A stretch of DNA of 64,000 nucleotides from assembly GCF_008831285.2 (NCBI RefSeq), contig NC_045138.2, positions 18,476,001-18,540,000 on the forward strand. Direction: 5' to 3'. The stretch comes from Nymphaea colorata. Lineage: Eukaryota. The position numbers were made by a program, and so were the translations under genes. The notes under the pieces were generated by a model, which worked only from the letters and a program-made list of their open reading frames with translations, ran no database searches and was not told the origin of the DNA. This document shows, one piece after another, positions 27,236 through 38,190 of this stretch (position 1 is the first letter of the stretch; the number at the start of each line of letters is the position of its first letter).

Positions 27236-28230
27236 ATTAAGCTAGACGATGGGGAACGATCATGGGGAATGAGAACGTCCATTTGGTGAGACTTCCTTTT
27301 TCTTTTCCTGGTTGTTGATTTTTTTTTTCTGTGTTATTTTTTGTTTTTTCGAGTTAAGTCCTTGATACTGGTGTGTTTTTTTTTTCTGATTAGATATTCG
27401 TGTCATTCTAGGATTTAATCGTATTTGGATTAGATGTATTCTTTATTCTATCGGCATTATAGAATAATCATATAAAATGGGTGTCATTCTTAAAGCCTAA
27501 CTAGATTCGATTCCTTAATGGAATATTTTTTTTTTTTTACAGATCCACTTTTCTTTTTAGCAGTTTTAGTAGGATATCGGGATTTGTCAACATCAGTTAT
27601 TCGTGATGCTCTTAATTGTAATTGGAATTCTCTTGCTGCTTTCCTGTCAAATGTTTTTTGCAAGCTAAGATGAAATCGGGATAAGAGATAAATTGTTTAT
27701 TGATATTTATTAGGCATAGGTACCATAACCGCTACATAAACAAGTGGTTGGAAAAATACAATACCTGCCATGTCTTGAAGTTTCAGATGTCTGTGGAAGG
27801 CAACAAGCTGACTATGGTGGTAGTGTCGAGGGAGAAGACGAAGGGAGGAGGAGAAGGAGGGGAAAGGACGAAAGAATGAGGAGGAGGAGGAGGGTCAGGC
27901 CAAAATTTAAAACATAGTGGTGGTGCCTGGGGTGGAGTTTTCATTTTATATATGTATCACCACCTTGTTGAATTCCAATTGTCAATAAGATTTCTTTCTT
28001 AAATGAAAGACTAATAAATTATTTTTAATCTTATATTTTTTGTTTTCAAGTTCTAATAATGCTTCTTTCCTAAATAAACATATTCATAAATTATGTTCTA
28101 TTCTTACCTTCATTTCCAATTTTAATAAGATTTCGTTCCTTCTTTTAGTTTTACTTTTATTTACTGTTCTAAAGGGCTTAACGTAGTTGTTTAAGCCTTT
28201 GGTGAATGAGGTTAGGCAGCATTATATCTA
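27236..28230 (+). repeat. Dispersed ~0.9-kb duplicated segment carrying a RING-H2 fragment (copy 2)
   Basis: Colinear with 15670-16600. Its 5' end aattaagctagacgatggggaacgatc matches 44214-44240 inverted. Degenerate RING half (RHRYHNRYINKWLEKYNTCHVLKFQM) at ~27712-27825. Confidence 0.85.
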
Positions 28231-29304
28231 TGTGGTTAGTCAATTTTCTTGAGTAATGGGAGGAGCGCCTTCAAAAGCTTCATAACAAAGTGCTACTGGT
28301 CACGCTTAATCTACATACTAAAGCATGAATGCTTGTAGTAAAGGTTAGAGGCAGCAAAATGAGGGCGGCAAAGGCTTTCAAACAGCTAGCAACTTCCACC
28401 TCTCACTATTGGAAAGCCTATGGGAAGAAGCTCGGGAAAATACAGTAGGGCATCACCCGTGAGAAAGATCAACTCTGTACTTTGTTATTAAACATCTTCC
28501 AAAATGATCTCCATGTCATGTTTTCAAATATTTCATGTTGTCATGCAATGGAAGCATTTTCTTATGGTCAATTTCGCTTCTTCTGTTTTTTCAATCTGGG
28601 GACCTTCTAATGTAATACGTACCTCGGTGGTTTACATGTTTATTTTTGTTTGTGTGCATGCGTTTGTACATGTTTCATACGTATTAATTTCTGAAATTTG
28701 TGAACAAAACAGAGATTAGCTAGAATTTAATAAATGGCAGGAAAGGCATATATATATATATATATATATATCTGTAACAACAGGAAGATTATTTGACATA
28801 TGAGAGTAACTAAGATCCAGGTGAGTTAAATCTCTAAGAGTTCCTATTGTGATATGAGAGTAACTAAGATCCAGGTGAGTTTGAGGCGAAAATCACTTTT
28901 ATTTAAAATCTAGGGGGAGGTAGGCTTTGGTTTTGCTAAAATTGAGTTTTGGCAAAACCCATTTTTTATGTCAGGCTGAACCGTCTTGAAACAATTAGAT
29001 GATGAACCTTTAAGTGGGGGTGAATCTTTTGGAAGAAAGTAGCAAAGCTGGAAAGAGCTTGTCCCAAAAGGTAGAAGAATCCATCTTCATTTGGGAACTG
29101 TCCATTTAAAAGTTGCAAGTATGCACAACTTGTGCTCAATCAATTGCTCTCACCAACTCATCTTACGACAATATAAGATAAGACATCCAGACACCATCCA
29201 ATAGCATGTGACCATTAATGATGCCTATCCGATATTTTATCGTCTGTCCAAGTGGGGTCCTCACATCATATGGAGCCAATTTGCTAATTATTGAATCAAC
29301 TTGA

Positions 29305-29389
<85 letters not shown>

Positions 29390-29544
29390 AAATAAACTCC
29401 AACTCTTTTATATTTTCGTCAAACTTAAAAAAAAAATTAAAGGAGAATACAAGTTCAGTCCCTAACTCTTTTTCGAATATATATGACCTAGATCTGTCGT
29501 GGTCCAGTTCGCTGTGTTGGTGGACGATACTGATTGCGAGCCGA

Positions 29545-30603
29545 TCAAGCCAAGTTGCAGCCAGCGGTAGCACAGCTTACATGGAACCTCTGGTTGGTGC
29601 ACTCTTCTTGTGGCCGTTGGGCCGGCCTGCCTGGGATGCAGTTCCCGTCATCGGAATATTTTGGCAGGTTCAAGCATATGGGTGGATCGTCGTCGAAATA
29701 ATTGTACGAGTATGTAAAGTTCCGAAGCCTCGGCAGCTCGCAGATGCCGGCGGGAATCTCACCGGAAAGATTGTTTTCTGCTACATTCAGCTGCTCCAAG
29801 CTTCTCATGCCTCCCATGCTCTCTGGTAAGGGCCCAACAAATTTGTTTGACCCAATATCCAAAACTGTGAGCTCAACCAGATTGCCTATCTCCTTGGGGA
29901 TACATGAAGACAGTGAGTTATTGAGCAGCAAGATCTCATGTAGAGTGGAGCTCATCCTCCCAATTGATTCAGGCACACAACCATATATGTCGTTATTAGC
30001 AAGTACCACTACAGAGGCAGGTAAATTCCCGAAGTTCTCGGGGATTGATGATGCGAAATTGTTGTCGTTGACAAATAATGCATCCAACTTCATGTCAAAA
30101 AGTTCCGCCGGAAGTGTCCCTTCAAACGCGTTGAACCGAATATCAAGGAACCTGAGCGACGGCATCGACAAGACCACTGATGGAAATGTGCCAGATAACT
30201 GGTTATTGCTCACATCAAGCTCAGTTAGCAACTTGAGGTTCCTGAAAGATTTGGGTATGGAACCCGTGAACTGGTTTGAGTTCAGGTGGATGAATGCTAG
30301 ATCGGTCAACTGCCCTAACTCCTCCGGCAAAGTTCCGGCAAGGCCAAAGTGGTTGAGGTCTATTCCGGACACAACTAAGAGGCCGCCGACGGCCAGCGTC
30401 TGGGCGCAATAGATTCCAGTATAGCTGCAAACGTCAAGGCCAACCCATGTTTCCAATACATTATGCAGATCAAGGGTTATGGTGGATCTCCATACCTGAA
30501 GCACTGTGAAAGCAACCTGGAGATGGAGGCTCAAGAGCAAAGATGAAGTTGGCACAAGGCATAAGAGTGAAAATAAGACCACGAAAGTGATCCTAGGAGT
30601 CAT
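29545..30603 (-). CDS. LRX/PEX-type secreted LRR protein without extensin domain, 352 aa, intronless
   Basis: Hydrophobic N-terminus, DVCSYTGIYC, GIDLNH. LRR core clearly paralogous to the 4425-5693 gene (shared IPENFGNLPASVVVLANNDI, ICELPRLRNFTYSYNYFD). Stops just after the Cys-rich hinge (..VSCATAGCNLA*). Confidence 0.9.
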   Translation of the reverse strand: MTPRITFVVLFSLLCLVPTSSLLLSLHLQVAFTVLQVWRSTITLDLHNVLETWVGLDVCSYTGIYCAQTLAVGGLLVVSGIDLNHFGLAGTLPEELGQLTDLAFIHLNSNQFTGSIPKSFRNLKLLTELDVSNNQLSGTFPSVVLSMPSLRFLDIRFNAFEGTLPAELFDMKLDALFVNDNNFASSIPENFGNLPASVVVLANNDIYGCVPESIGRMSSTLHEILLLNNSLSSCIPKEIGNLVELTVLDIGSNKFVGPLPESMGGMRSLEQLNVAENNLSGEIPAGICELPRLRNFTYSYNYFDDDPPICLNLPKYSDDGNCIPGRPAQRPQEECTNQRFHVSCATAGCNLA

Positions 30604-30780
30604 TTAGCCTCAACAATGGCGGTATTGATCGGCTTCGAAGCTATCCTTTTGGTCAGAAACATGAAGAAGAAGGGGAAGAATGGCACCAAGCTGAGCGACT
30701 TAATAGTCACACATATAAATCATGTACATGTGGTACTGTACCCTTTTCATATGAAGAAAGAATATTAAAATACTAATCCA

Positions 30781-30833
<53 letters not shown>

Positions 30834-33084
30834 AGTCATTGTAGATATGCCTGATGTTTTACCGGGTGTGCATTATTGTGAAAGAAGACACGAGTGTACA
30901 GCTCAGTCAAATCCATGTTCCCACCACGCAAACTTAGGCATACTAGATTACGCGTTATATCCTCGTCCATATCTACGAAGAGATGGAATGTGCATCTTGG
31001 CTTACATGCTGCCAAACTTTCAGGCAAACTCAATATTTGATCTTCATAGTTTACATTTGTATTAATTAATAAAGTTTCTCAACCACTCACTACGGCTAAT
31101 TAGACTGGCCAACTTAAACCATCAAAAGGAGTTTAATATTTCCATAACTACAAAATAAATTTATTCTTTCCTTGACAGTGTCTACTAATTAATTACTAGT
31201 TTTTTAATTTATCATTTTCATTTTAAATTCAATAATCTATCCTTTGGTCCACCAACCATCCATAAGTTTCGTTATATGAAATGTGTAAAATTGGATCTTA
31301 CAAGTTAGATTAGTACATCATGTATATAGATATACAAGTTAGACTAGTACGTCATTTATATTTTTATGTTTATATAGAGCAAACCGATAGCCACAAGGCC
31401 CTGATATGCCATAGTTGACAGAAATTAACTACACTGTTTATTTTAAAGAAATCAGATGTTAGAGTTTACGTTGAGAAAAATAGAAATTTAGTGATACCTT
31501 CCAGAGATCCCTCAAAGGAGGAAACACGAGTTTTTTTTTTTTTTAATGAGATTCCTCGCCTTCTTTAAGAGGTATCACTGCCTCTTACGATGGAATCGGG
31601 TTGGGGAATTCCCCTTTCATTAGATCAGACAACTTTACCAGATAATAAGGAAGCAAAATTCATGGATGGAGTATTTTAATATCTCTAAAATATAATTAAA
31701 CGTTTATTTTTTTCAGCTTAATTTCAACCATATGATTTTCTTAAAATCAATGACGCAAATGATTCTCATCATGTTGACATGAAAGTCTGATCGCTACTCG
31801 TTTATGTAATATATAAGTAAAATGTCCACATAATCTATGCACGTCAGATACGTACAATAAAGTTTATTAGAAGTAACGCTAACCATCATGATGTCAATTA
31901 AACAACCGATCCGGATTGAGTCCATAAAATGCTTTGCTTAACAAGTTCCAGAACGTCGAAGGGATTAATTAGTTAGCTAGGAACTATATATATTATATAT
32001 AATTTAAAGTTAATTTGAAAACATCATTACAATGTTATAAATGTCCAAGTACCATCCTTCAAGCAAGAAAGAGACTGTCATCGTTAAATTTATCAGTTTT
32101 AACTAATTGTCACCTCAGTAAGTTTTCATATGTGATGCTGTTCCTCTACACCGAAGGAACGTGTGGTTAAGTAGCGGCGGACCTGATTTTGCAAATATTG
32201 ATACAACTTAACAAGGCATTTGATGGAAGGAACACACTGAACAGGTAGCATAGTGTGACGTTTTCTTCGCTCCATGGTCTACCATGGAACATGAGGGAGC
32301 AGACTGAGACTGTGCTCCTCTGCTTTTGCATGCACCTAAAGGTAAAAACCATGCACATTGATGTTCTCAATTTGCTAGCGTTTTATTTTATTGTTTTCCA
32401 GTTACTCTTAAATGATAGCACAAATTACTCCAATGTTGGCCATATGAAAAATATCATCCCAGATATTACGATTCGTCCAAATGGTCAGGTCAGCATGGGT
32501 AAGATTTTATTAAAGCTACCAGAACTATATTAACTAAACAGCAGAACCACCTCTGGTTTTCCAGATTACCCAACAAGCTGTTCGATTGAAATTTTGCTTT
32601 TGACCGGAACTTCAGCTGAAAATTGTCCTCCCTCATTCGTTTTCTCTGGATAGCAAAGATTGCAGAAGTTAACAATATAAAGAAGTTGCTTATGCTCTTT
32701 TGATCATCTAATGATTCGATCATGAACATCAAGCTATGCATAGAAGAGTTTTGAATTAAGAGCGGATGGACTGATCTGGGAAACCCTTGATAAGAACAGG
32801 CAGCTTTTTAGTTGGGTTTAAAATTGCTGCTAAATTGCTAATGTTCAGAGCAGAGTGGCCAATCTATAAAACTAGCAAACAGGGGATTTACTATTCAGTA
32901 TCTTGGTGTTGCCTTAGATGCTACTAAAGTGACCTCAAATTTTTTCCAAGCTTTAAGATGCTTTACTTTTTGTTACTTTTTAGTAGCAACTGAAGAGTTG
33001 ATGTTTACAACCTAATAGCAACTGGATGTAAGCAATTTAGCCCTGGCAGACGCTGCCCGTCTTCCCCCTTGAACAAGCATTGTG

Positions 33085-33488
33085 TGGGGATGTCAATATA
33101 TTTTATTTGGATTGAATATCCGATTGAACTGTTTAGACAAAATCAAATATGGAAAAACAAAATCCTTGATTAGGAAATCAAATCATATTCAGATTTAAGA
33201 AATGACATATGATTGAATTCAGATATAAACAAATATTGTATCAGATACGGATTTGATTTAGTTATACATAAATATCCTATATCATATGTTCTTATACTTT
33301 GAAGATGGACTAGATTCGGTTAAAAATTCAGATTCGGGTTTGGATATAAATATAAACATGGATTGTGGATTAAATTCAGATTAAGATACAACTTTTTTTT
33401 TGTTCTTATTTGAATCCAAATATGTGAATATCCAACAAAACGGATACGATTAAGGATCTATGAGATTCAAATCCTTTTAACATCCTTA
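33085..33488. mobile_element. hAT-type MITE ~1 kb upstream of the NLR
   Basis: Ends tggggatgtcaa ... ttaacatcctta. Flanks gcattgtg / gcattatc (6/8). Same family as 17495-17939, in opposite orientation. Confidence 0.7.
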
Positions 33489-34446
33489 GCATTATCTCTT
33501 GAGAACAATACTACTTCAGCCAGCACCTAACTCGAAATGACTACTCATAAAAGGGAACAACCCACCTCAGTAACAGTGGTGGGAAAGTGAAAGAGGGGGA
33601 AGTGCTAAGTAGGCCCCCTCGCCTTTTTTTTTTTTCAAAATTGACCTTCAATTACTTTTCACAAAAAAAAAAAAAAAAAAAAAGATTTCATCATTCAAAG
33701 ACATAAAACCAAGAACCGCAAGTCTATCTTTTCTTTTGGGATGTTGTAAGGAGAAAATTCGTATGACAAGTAAATGTTATTTCATATTGTTTTCTCCGTT
33801 TGACATGGTAACTTTCGTTTGATGTAAAAGTGGTCTATTAGGCAATGCTTTCACAGGGAATAGTTGCAGTTAAAAAGTAAGTAAAAAGAAATTAGCTGAA
33901 CCTTCCTTCTGCTAACTTTGTTCGCCTCATATTAAATAAGAAAAAAATGTTGGTAGAGTGTCCAAAAGACGGCAAGTTACCATGGGGATTTCATATTCAC
34001 GAGAAACAAGAATCAGCAACATATGTTGATTAATCAAATTCTCATAATGCATTCAATAAAAGAAGATTTTGATGTTTAAGCAAGTCACCTGTCGTATTCA
34101 GTCTATTGAGGTTGGTTCCTCACACTATAGTCAAACTCAATTTTGGAAATGAAGTGAATACTCTAAACAGTTTATTTTGATATTTTTAGTTTTCAAAAGT
34201 TGACAAACTATTTCAAATAATTAACCGTCCAAAAACCCCGTTACGTCAATGCGTGGCTACAGGTGGTCGCATAATTTTATCTTCCACTTGATCTTGAAGG
34301 AAGGCAGTCGATGAAGAAGGAAAAAGTCTTCCTCCGAAGGAAGGTCAACCCCTTCCTCTCTCTCGCATTCAGAAGGCCCTTCACCACCATCGTTCGGATT
34401 TCCGCTACCAGAAATTGTCTGTTCCTCTTCGAGCGTCAAGTGAAAG

Positions 34447-37400
34447 ATGGAAGGAGTTGTTTCAATTTTGCTGGAGAAATTGACGGACTTGTGGTTCGGA
34501 AAGGCTGAAGAACTTGCTTCTGTTAGTGGGGAGCTCCTGAAACTGGGTAGCCAATTGAAGGCTATCCAGCCTCTTCTTGAAGATGCTCACGACAAGCAAT
34601 TCGCATCGGCGCACATCAAGGAATGGATTTCAAGGCTGAACGAGGTCTTGTATGATGCCGAAGATGTAATCGATCTTTACAGGGTCAGGATCGAGTCCAA
34701 CTCAGTCGATGCACGGGGCGAGAAGCGGAAGGTAACCAAATTTCTGCCCTCCTTTTCAGAGTGCCGTAACCTCCCTTTTCTTAGTGAAATTTCTAGTGAG
34801 ATAAAAGCAATCAATGAGAGGCTTAGCATGATTTGGAAAGAGAAGGATCTTTATGGCCTTGTTCCGTTGGTGGGAGATCGTTCGAGATCTCCACAGCATA
34901 CTGCAGAGGTGTACCCAAACCGCCAAACTACTTCCTACATCACTGAGCCACATGTTTATGGAAGGGAAAGAGACGAGGAGTTGATAATAGAGTGGTTGAA
35001 GAAGGAGGTTTGTGAGGGAAGGGGAGAAAACGCCCGAGTCATTGCAATCGTTGGCATGGGGGGAGTCGGCAAGACGACCCTGGCGAAGAAGGCTTACAAT
35101 AATTCTAGCATAAAAGAACATTTCGAGAAATTCATGTGGGTTTGTGCATCAGAAATACCACAAGCATTGCATCTGTTCAAGCATGTATTGGAAGCAGCTG
35201 GTGGAAAAGAAAGTGGTGCTGATAAAATAATGGGCTTGAATGTCTTGCACTCGGAGATAAGTCAGCATTTGAAGGAAAAGAAATTTCTACTCGTTTTAGA
35301 TGATGTTTGGAATGATGACTGGTGGACAGAATTGAATGGGCTTCTGCAAGTTGGAGCCTTGGGGAGTAGGGTCTTAGTCACTACAAGAGAGAAGAGTGTC
35401 GCAGAGACAATGGATGCAGCGTACTTGCACGATTTGAAGTGCTTATCTGATGAAGAAAGCTGGAACCTGTTTATTAGCAAAACATTAAGAAGAAATGAGT
35501 TAATAGTAGATCTTGCTAGAGTTGAGGACATTGGAAGGATCATAGTTGGAAAGTGCAGAGGATTGCCACTTGCTTTAGGTCTTGTAGCAAGTATGTTGCG
35601 CCACAAGAAGAGAGAAAGGCCAATTTGGCAAGAAGTTGTCAGCAGCCCCTTGTGGTCTTGGAAACAGAGCAACAATGAAAACAGTATAATTTCAGCTATA
35701 GCGTTAAGCTACATGAGTCTTCCTTTTGCTTTAAAACAGTGCCTAACTTACTTATGTACATTCCCCAAGGATTTTAAGATTGAAAAACATTTCCTACTAA
35801 GGTTATGGGAGGCAGAAGGTTTTGTTTCAAAAGACGGAGTAGACACAGAGGCTCTGGCTGGCCAGTATCTTGAAGCATTGGCTAATTGCTCATTGGTTCA
35901 AGTAGAACAGTACAAAACAACATATTATAGGTTGCATGACATTGTTCATGATTTCGCTACTTACATAAGAGGTCATGATTGTGCAGATGCGGCTTCTTTA
36001 ACTTCAGCAACTGTGTCCCATCAACCACGCTTCTTCTTTTCATCAAGGTATGATCCATGTCCTACTGATGATGCTCTAAGAAGACTCACGAAACTGCGCA
36101 CGTTGCTCATGATTAGAGGGGGACGTCTGTTACCCATGACAATAGTTTCAAAGTTAAACTGGTTAAGGGTCTTAGATGTGAGCTATAGTAGCATATCTGA
36201 ATTGCCTGAATCATTGGGTAACTTAGTACTGCTAAAATACTTGAATGTTTCTCACACAAGGATATGCTCATTGCCAGAATCCATTGTAAAATTAGGTGAC
36301 CTTCAAAGGTTAGACCTTGATTCAACTTCCATTAAAGAGCTTCCAAGAGGCATTTCACAACTTCGTGCACTAAGGCATGTTCACTTGGAAAATGCATACT
36401 CCTTGGAATTTTTGCCGAAGGAAATGGGAAGGCTGACATGCTTACTGACATTGAGCAATTTTTTGGTGGGCAGTAGAAGGTTGGGTGAATGTGGAAGCAG
36501 CATAAGGGAGTTATGCCACCTAAATTGTTTAAGAGGAAAGATAGCCATTGAAAATATAGAAAGAGTAAGGAGCAAAGAAGAGGCTAAAGAAGCCGAGTTA
36601 GAGAAGAAAATATACTTAGAATGCTTAAGGTTATCATGTGACTGGAAATGCACACAAAATTTTGACAGAAGGGCTGCAGAAAAAGTACAGGACATATATG
36701 AAGAACTTCAACCTCCCATGAGCTTGAAAAAGCTAGAAATATACAATTATGGGGGCCTTACTCTTCCCACTTGGTTTAACTCCACAACATACTATGGTTT
36801 GGAGGACGTCACCTTATATAATTGCAAATTTCTGGTAGAGCTACCCATGTTGGGGCTTTTGCCAAACCTGGTAAAACTCGAGATAGAAGGTGCTTCCAGT
36901 GTCAAGATAATTGATAATAGGTTTCACCATAGTTTTGGAGAAGTTGGGTTTCCCAGGATTGAAGAGCTAGTTATTCGTGACATGAAAAGTCTAGAGGAGT
37001 GGTCATTCAACGCTGATGGAAGAACAATGCCTCGTCTTAGAAATCTGACAGTTTATGACTGCCCAAAATTAAGGAGATTACCCGATGGCCTACAACTCAA
37101 CAGGCTCCACAAACTGAAAATGAAGAATCTTTTTATGCTTGATTCCATATGTTTGACATCACTGGAGAACATGAGAAAACTCAAACTCTGTGCGTTGAAC
37201 AAAATAAACATACGAGGTCTACATGGCCTCAAAACTGCAAATATGCTTCAAAAGCTGGATCTCAAGGGACTTCCGAAGTTGGATGTAGAGTCAAAATCAC
37301 TGGAACAGGCATTGCAGGTGATGAATCAGGTGACAGTCTTGATTTTGCAAGATTGTCACACAGTAGCAGAATCCGTAGCAGATGTATTTAGGTGCCACCA

Positions 37401-38190
37401 CCTCCCCAACCTTCGCCTTCTCAAGATTTTCTCTACTGTATCTCTGATGGATGATATGGACCGGGGGAGATCTTCAGTTGCATTTGAGTTGGAAGTTGAT
37501 TGTGTTGAGATGGGCGTCAGACTGAGTGGGTTTGGAAACATAGGCGATAGGGTAGGACATCTTTGCATAAGGTTGTCAAATGAAGTGGACTATCTTCCAG
37601 AATGGATTCAACATCTCCACCAACTGCATTACTTAGAAATTAGGGACAGTCCTAGGCTTTCTTGCTTATCAGATTGGTTGGGTAAATTGTCTAAGCTTCA
37701 GAGGCTGCGCCTCTATAATCTACCAGAGTTAAGGGGCCTGCCAGACAAGATGGAAGCCCTTACTCAGCTGCAAGAGTTGAAGATTCAAGAAATCCCCAGG
37801 TTGACCCATTTGCCTACATGGTTGGGCAAGTTGTCCAAGCTTCAGAGGCTGGCACTCGAGAACCTTTCTGAGCTAAGAAGTTTGTGGGATGAGATAAACA
37901 CCCTCACTCAACTTGAACAATTGTTCATCTACAACATCCCAAAGCTGACCAACCTGCCAGAATGGCTGGGCAAGTTGTCGAAGCTACAGGGGTTATACCT
38001 TTGGCACCTGCCAGAGTTGAGAAGCCTGCCAGAAGGCATGAAAAATCTGACCCAACTTCAAGAACTAGAAATCAAATATATCCCCAGGCTAGCCCCTCTG
38101 CCGGACTGGCTGGGCAATTTATCCAAGTTTCGAAGAATAAGCTTCTATCACCTCCCACAGTTGAATGACACTATCCCTCACTCGATCTGA
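34447..38190 (+). CDS. CC-NBS-LRR (CNL) disease-resistance protein, 1247 aa, single ORF
   Basis: Rx-type CC with YDAEDVID, P-loop GMGGVGKTT, kinase-2 LLVLDDVW, RNBS-B GSRVLVTTR, GLPLAL, RNBS-D CLTYLCTFPKD, LWEAEGFV, MHD-equivalent LHD, then a long LRR region. Confidence 0.96.
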   Translation: MEGVVSILLEKLTDLWFGKAEELASVSGELLKLGSQLKAIQPLLEDAHDKQFASAHIKEWISRLNEVLYDAEDVIDLYRVRIESNSVDARGEKRKVTKFLPSFSECRNLPFLSEISSEIKAINERLSMIWKEKDLYGLVPLVGDRSRSPQHTAEVYPNRQTTSYITEPHVYGRERDEELIIEWLKKEVCEGRGENARVIAIVGMGGVGKTTLAKKAYNNSSIKEHFEKFMWVCASEIPQALHLFKHVLEAAGGKESGADKIMGLNVLHSEISQHLKEKKFLLVLDDVWNDDWWTELNGLLQVGALGSRVLVTTREKSVAETMDAAYLHDLKCLSDEESWNLFISKTLRRNELIVDLARVEDIGRIIVGKCRGLPLALGLVASMLRHKKRERPIWQEVVSSPLWSWKQSNNENSIISAIALSYMSLPFALKQCLTYLCTFPKDFKIEKHFLLRLWEAEGFVSKDGVDTEALAGQYLEALANCSLVQVEQYKTTYYRLHDIVHDFATYIRGHDCADAASLTSATVSHQPRFFFSSRYDPCPTDDALRRLTKLRTLLMIRGGRLLPMTIVSKLNWLRVLDVSYSSISELPESLGNLVLLKYLNVSHTRICSLPESIVKLGDLQRLDLDSTSIKELPRGISQLRALRHVHLENAYSLEFLPKEMGRLTCLLTLSNFLVGSRRLGECGSSIRELCHLNCLRGKIAIENIERVRSKEEAKEAELEKKIYLECLRLSCDWKCTQNFDRRAAEKVQDIYEELQPPMSLKKLEIYNYGGLTLPTWFNSTTYYGLEDVTLYNCKFLVELPMLGLLPNLVKLEIEGASSVKIIDNRFHHSFGEVGFPRIEELVIRDMKSLEEWSFNADGRTMPRLRNLTVYDCPKLRRLPDGLQLNRLHKLKMKNLFMLDSICLTSLENMRKLKLCALNKINIRGLHGLKTANMLQKLDLKGLPKLDVESKSLEQALQVMNQVTVLILQDCHTVAESVADVFRCHHLPNLRLLKIFSTVSLMDDMDRGRSSVAFELEVDCVEMGVRLSGFGNIGDRVGHLCIRLSNEVDYLPEWIQHLHQLHYLEIRDSPRLSCLSDWLGKLSKLQRLRLYNLPELRGLPDKMEALTQLQELKIQEIPRLTHLPTWLGKLSKLQRLALENLSELRSLWDEINTLTQLEQLFIYNIPKLTNLPEWLGKLSKLQGLYLWHLPELRSLPEGMKNLTQLQELEIKYIPRLAPLPDWLGNLSKFRRISFYHLPQLNDTIPHSI

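Noticed and set aside
28796..28881. Two ~30-bp direct repeats with a spacer, superficially CRISPR-like (similar pairs at 25826-25875, 40022-40072, 46450-46564)
   Set aside because: Only two units each, eukaryotic context and no cas genes; simple local duplications.
32160..32800. Coding-looking stretch upstream of the NLR as a possible head-to-head partner gene
   Set aside because: Multiple stops in all frames and no NLR or other recognisable motif.
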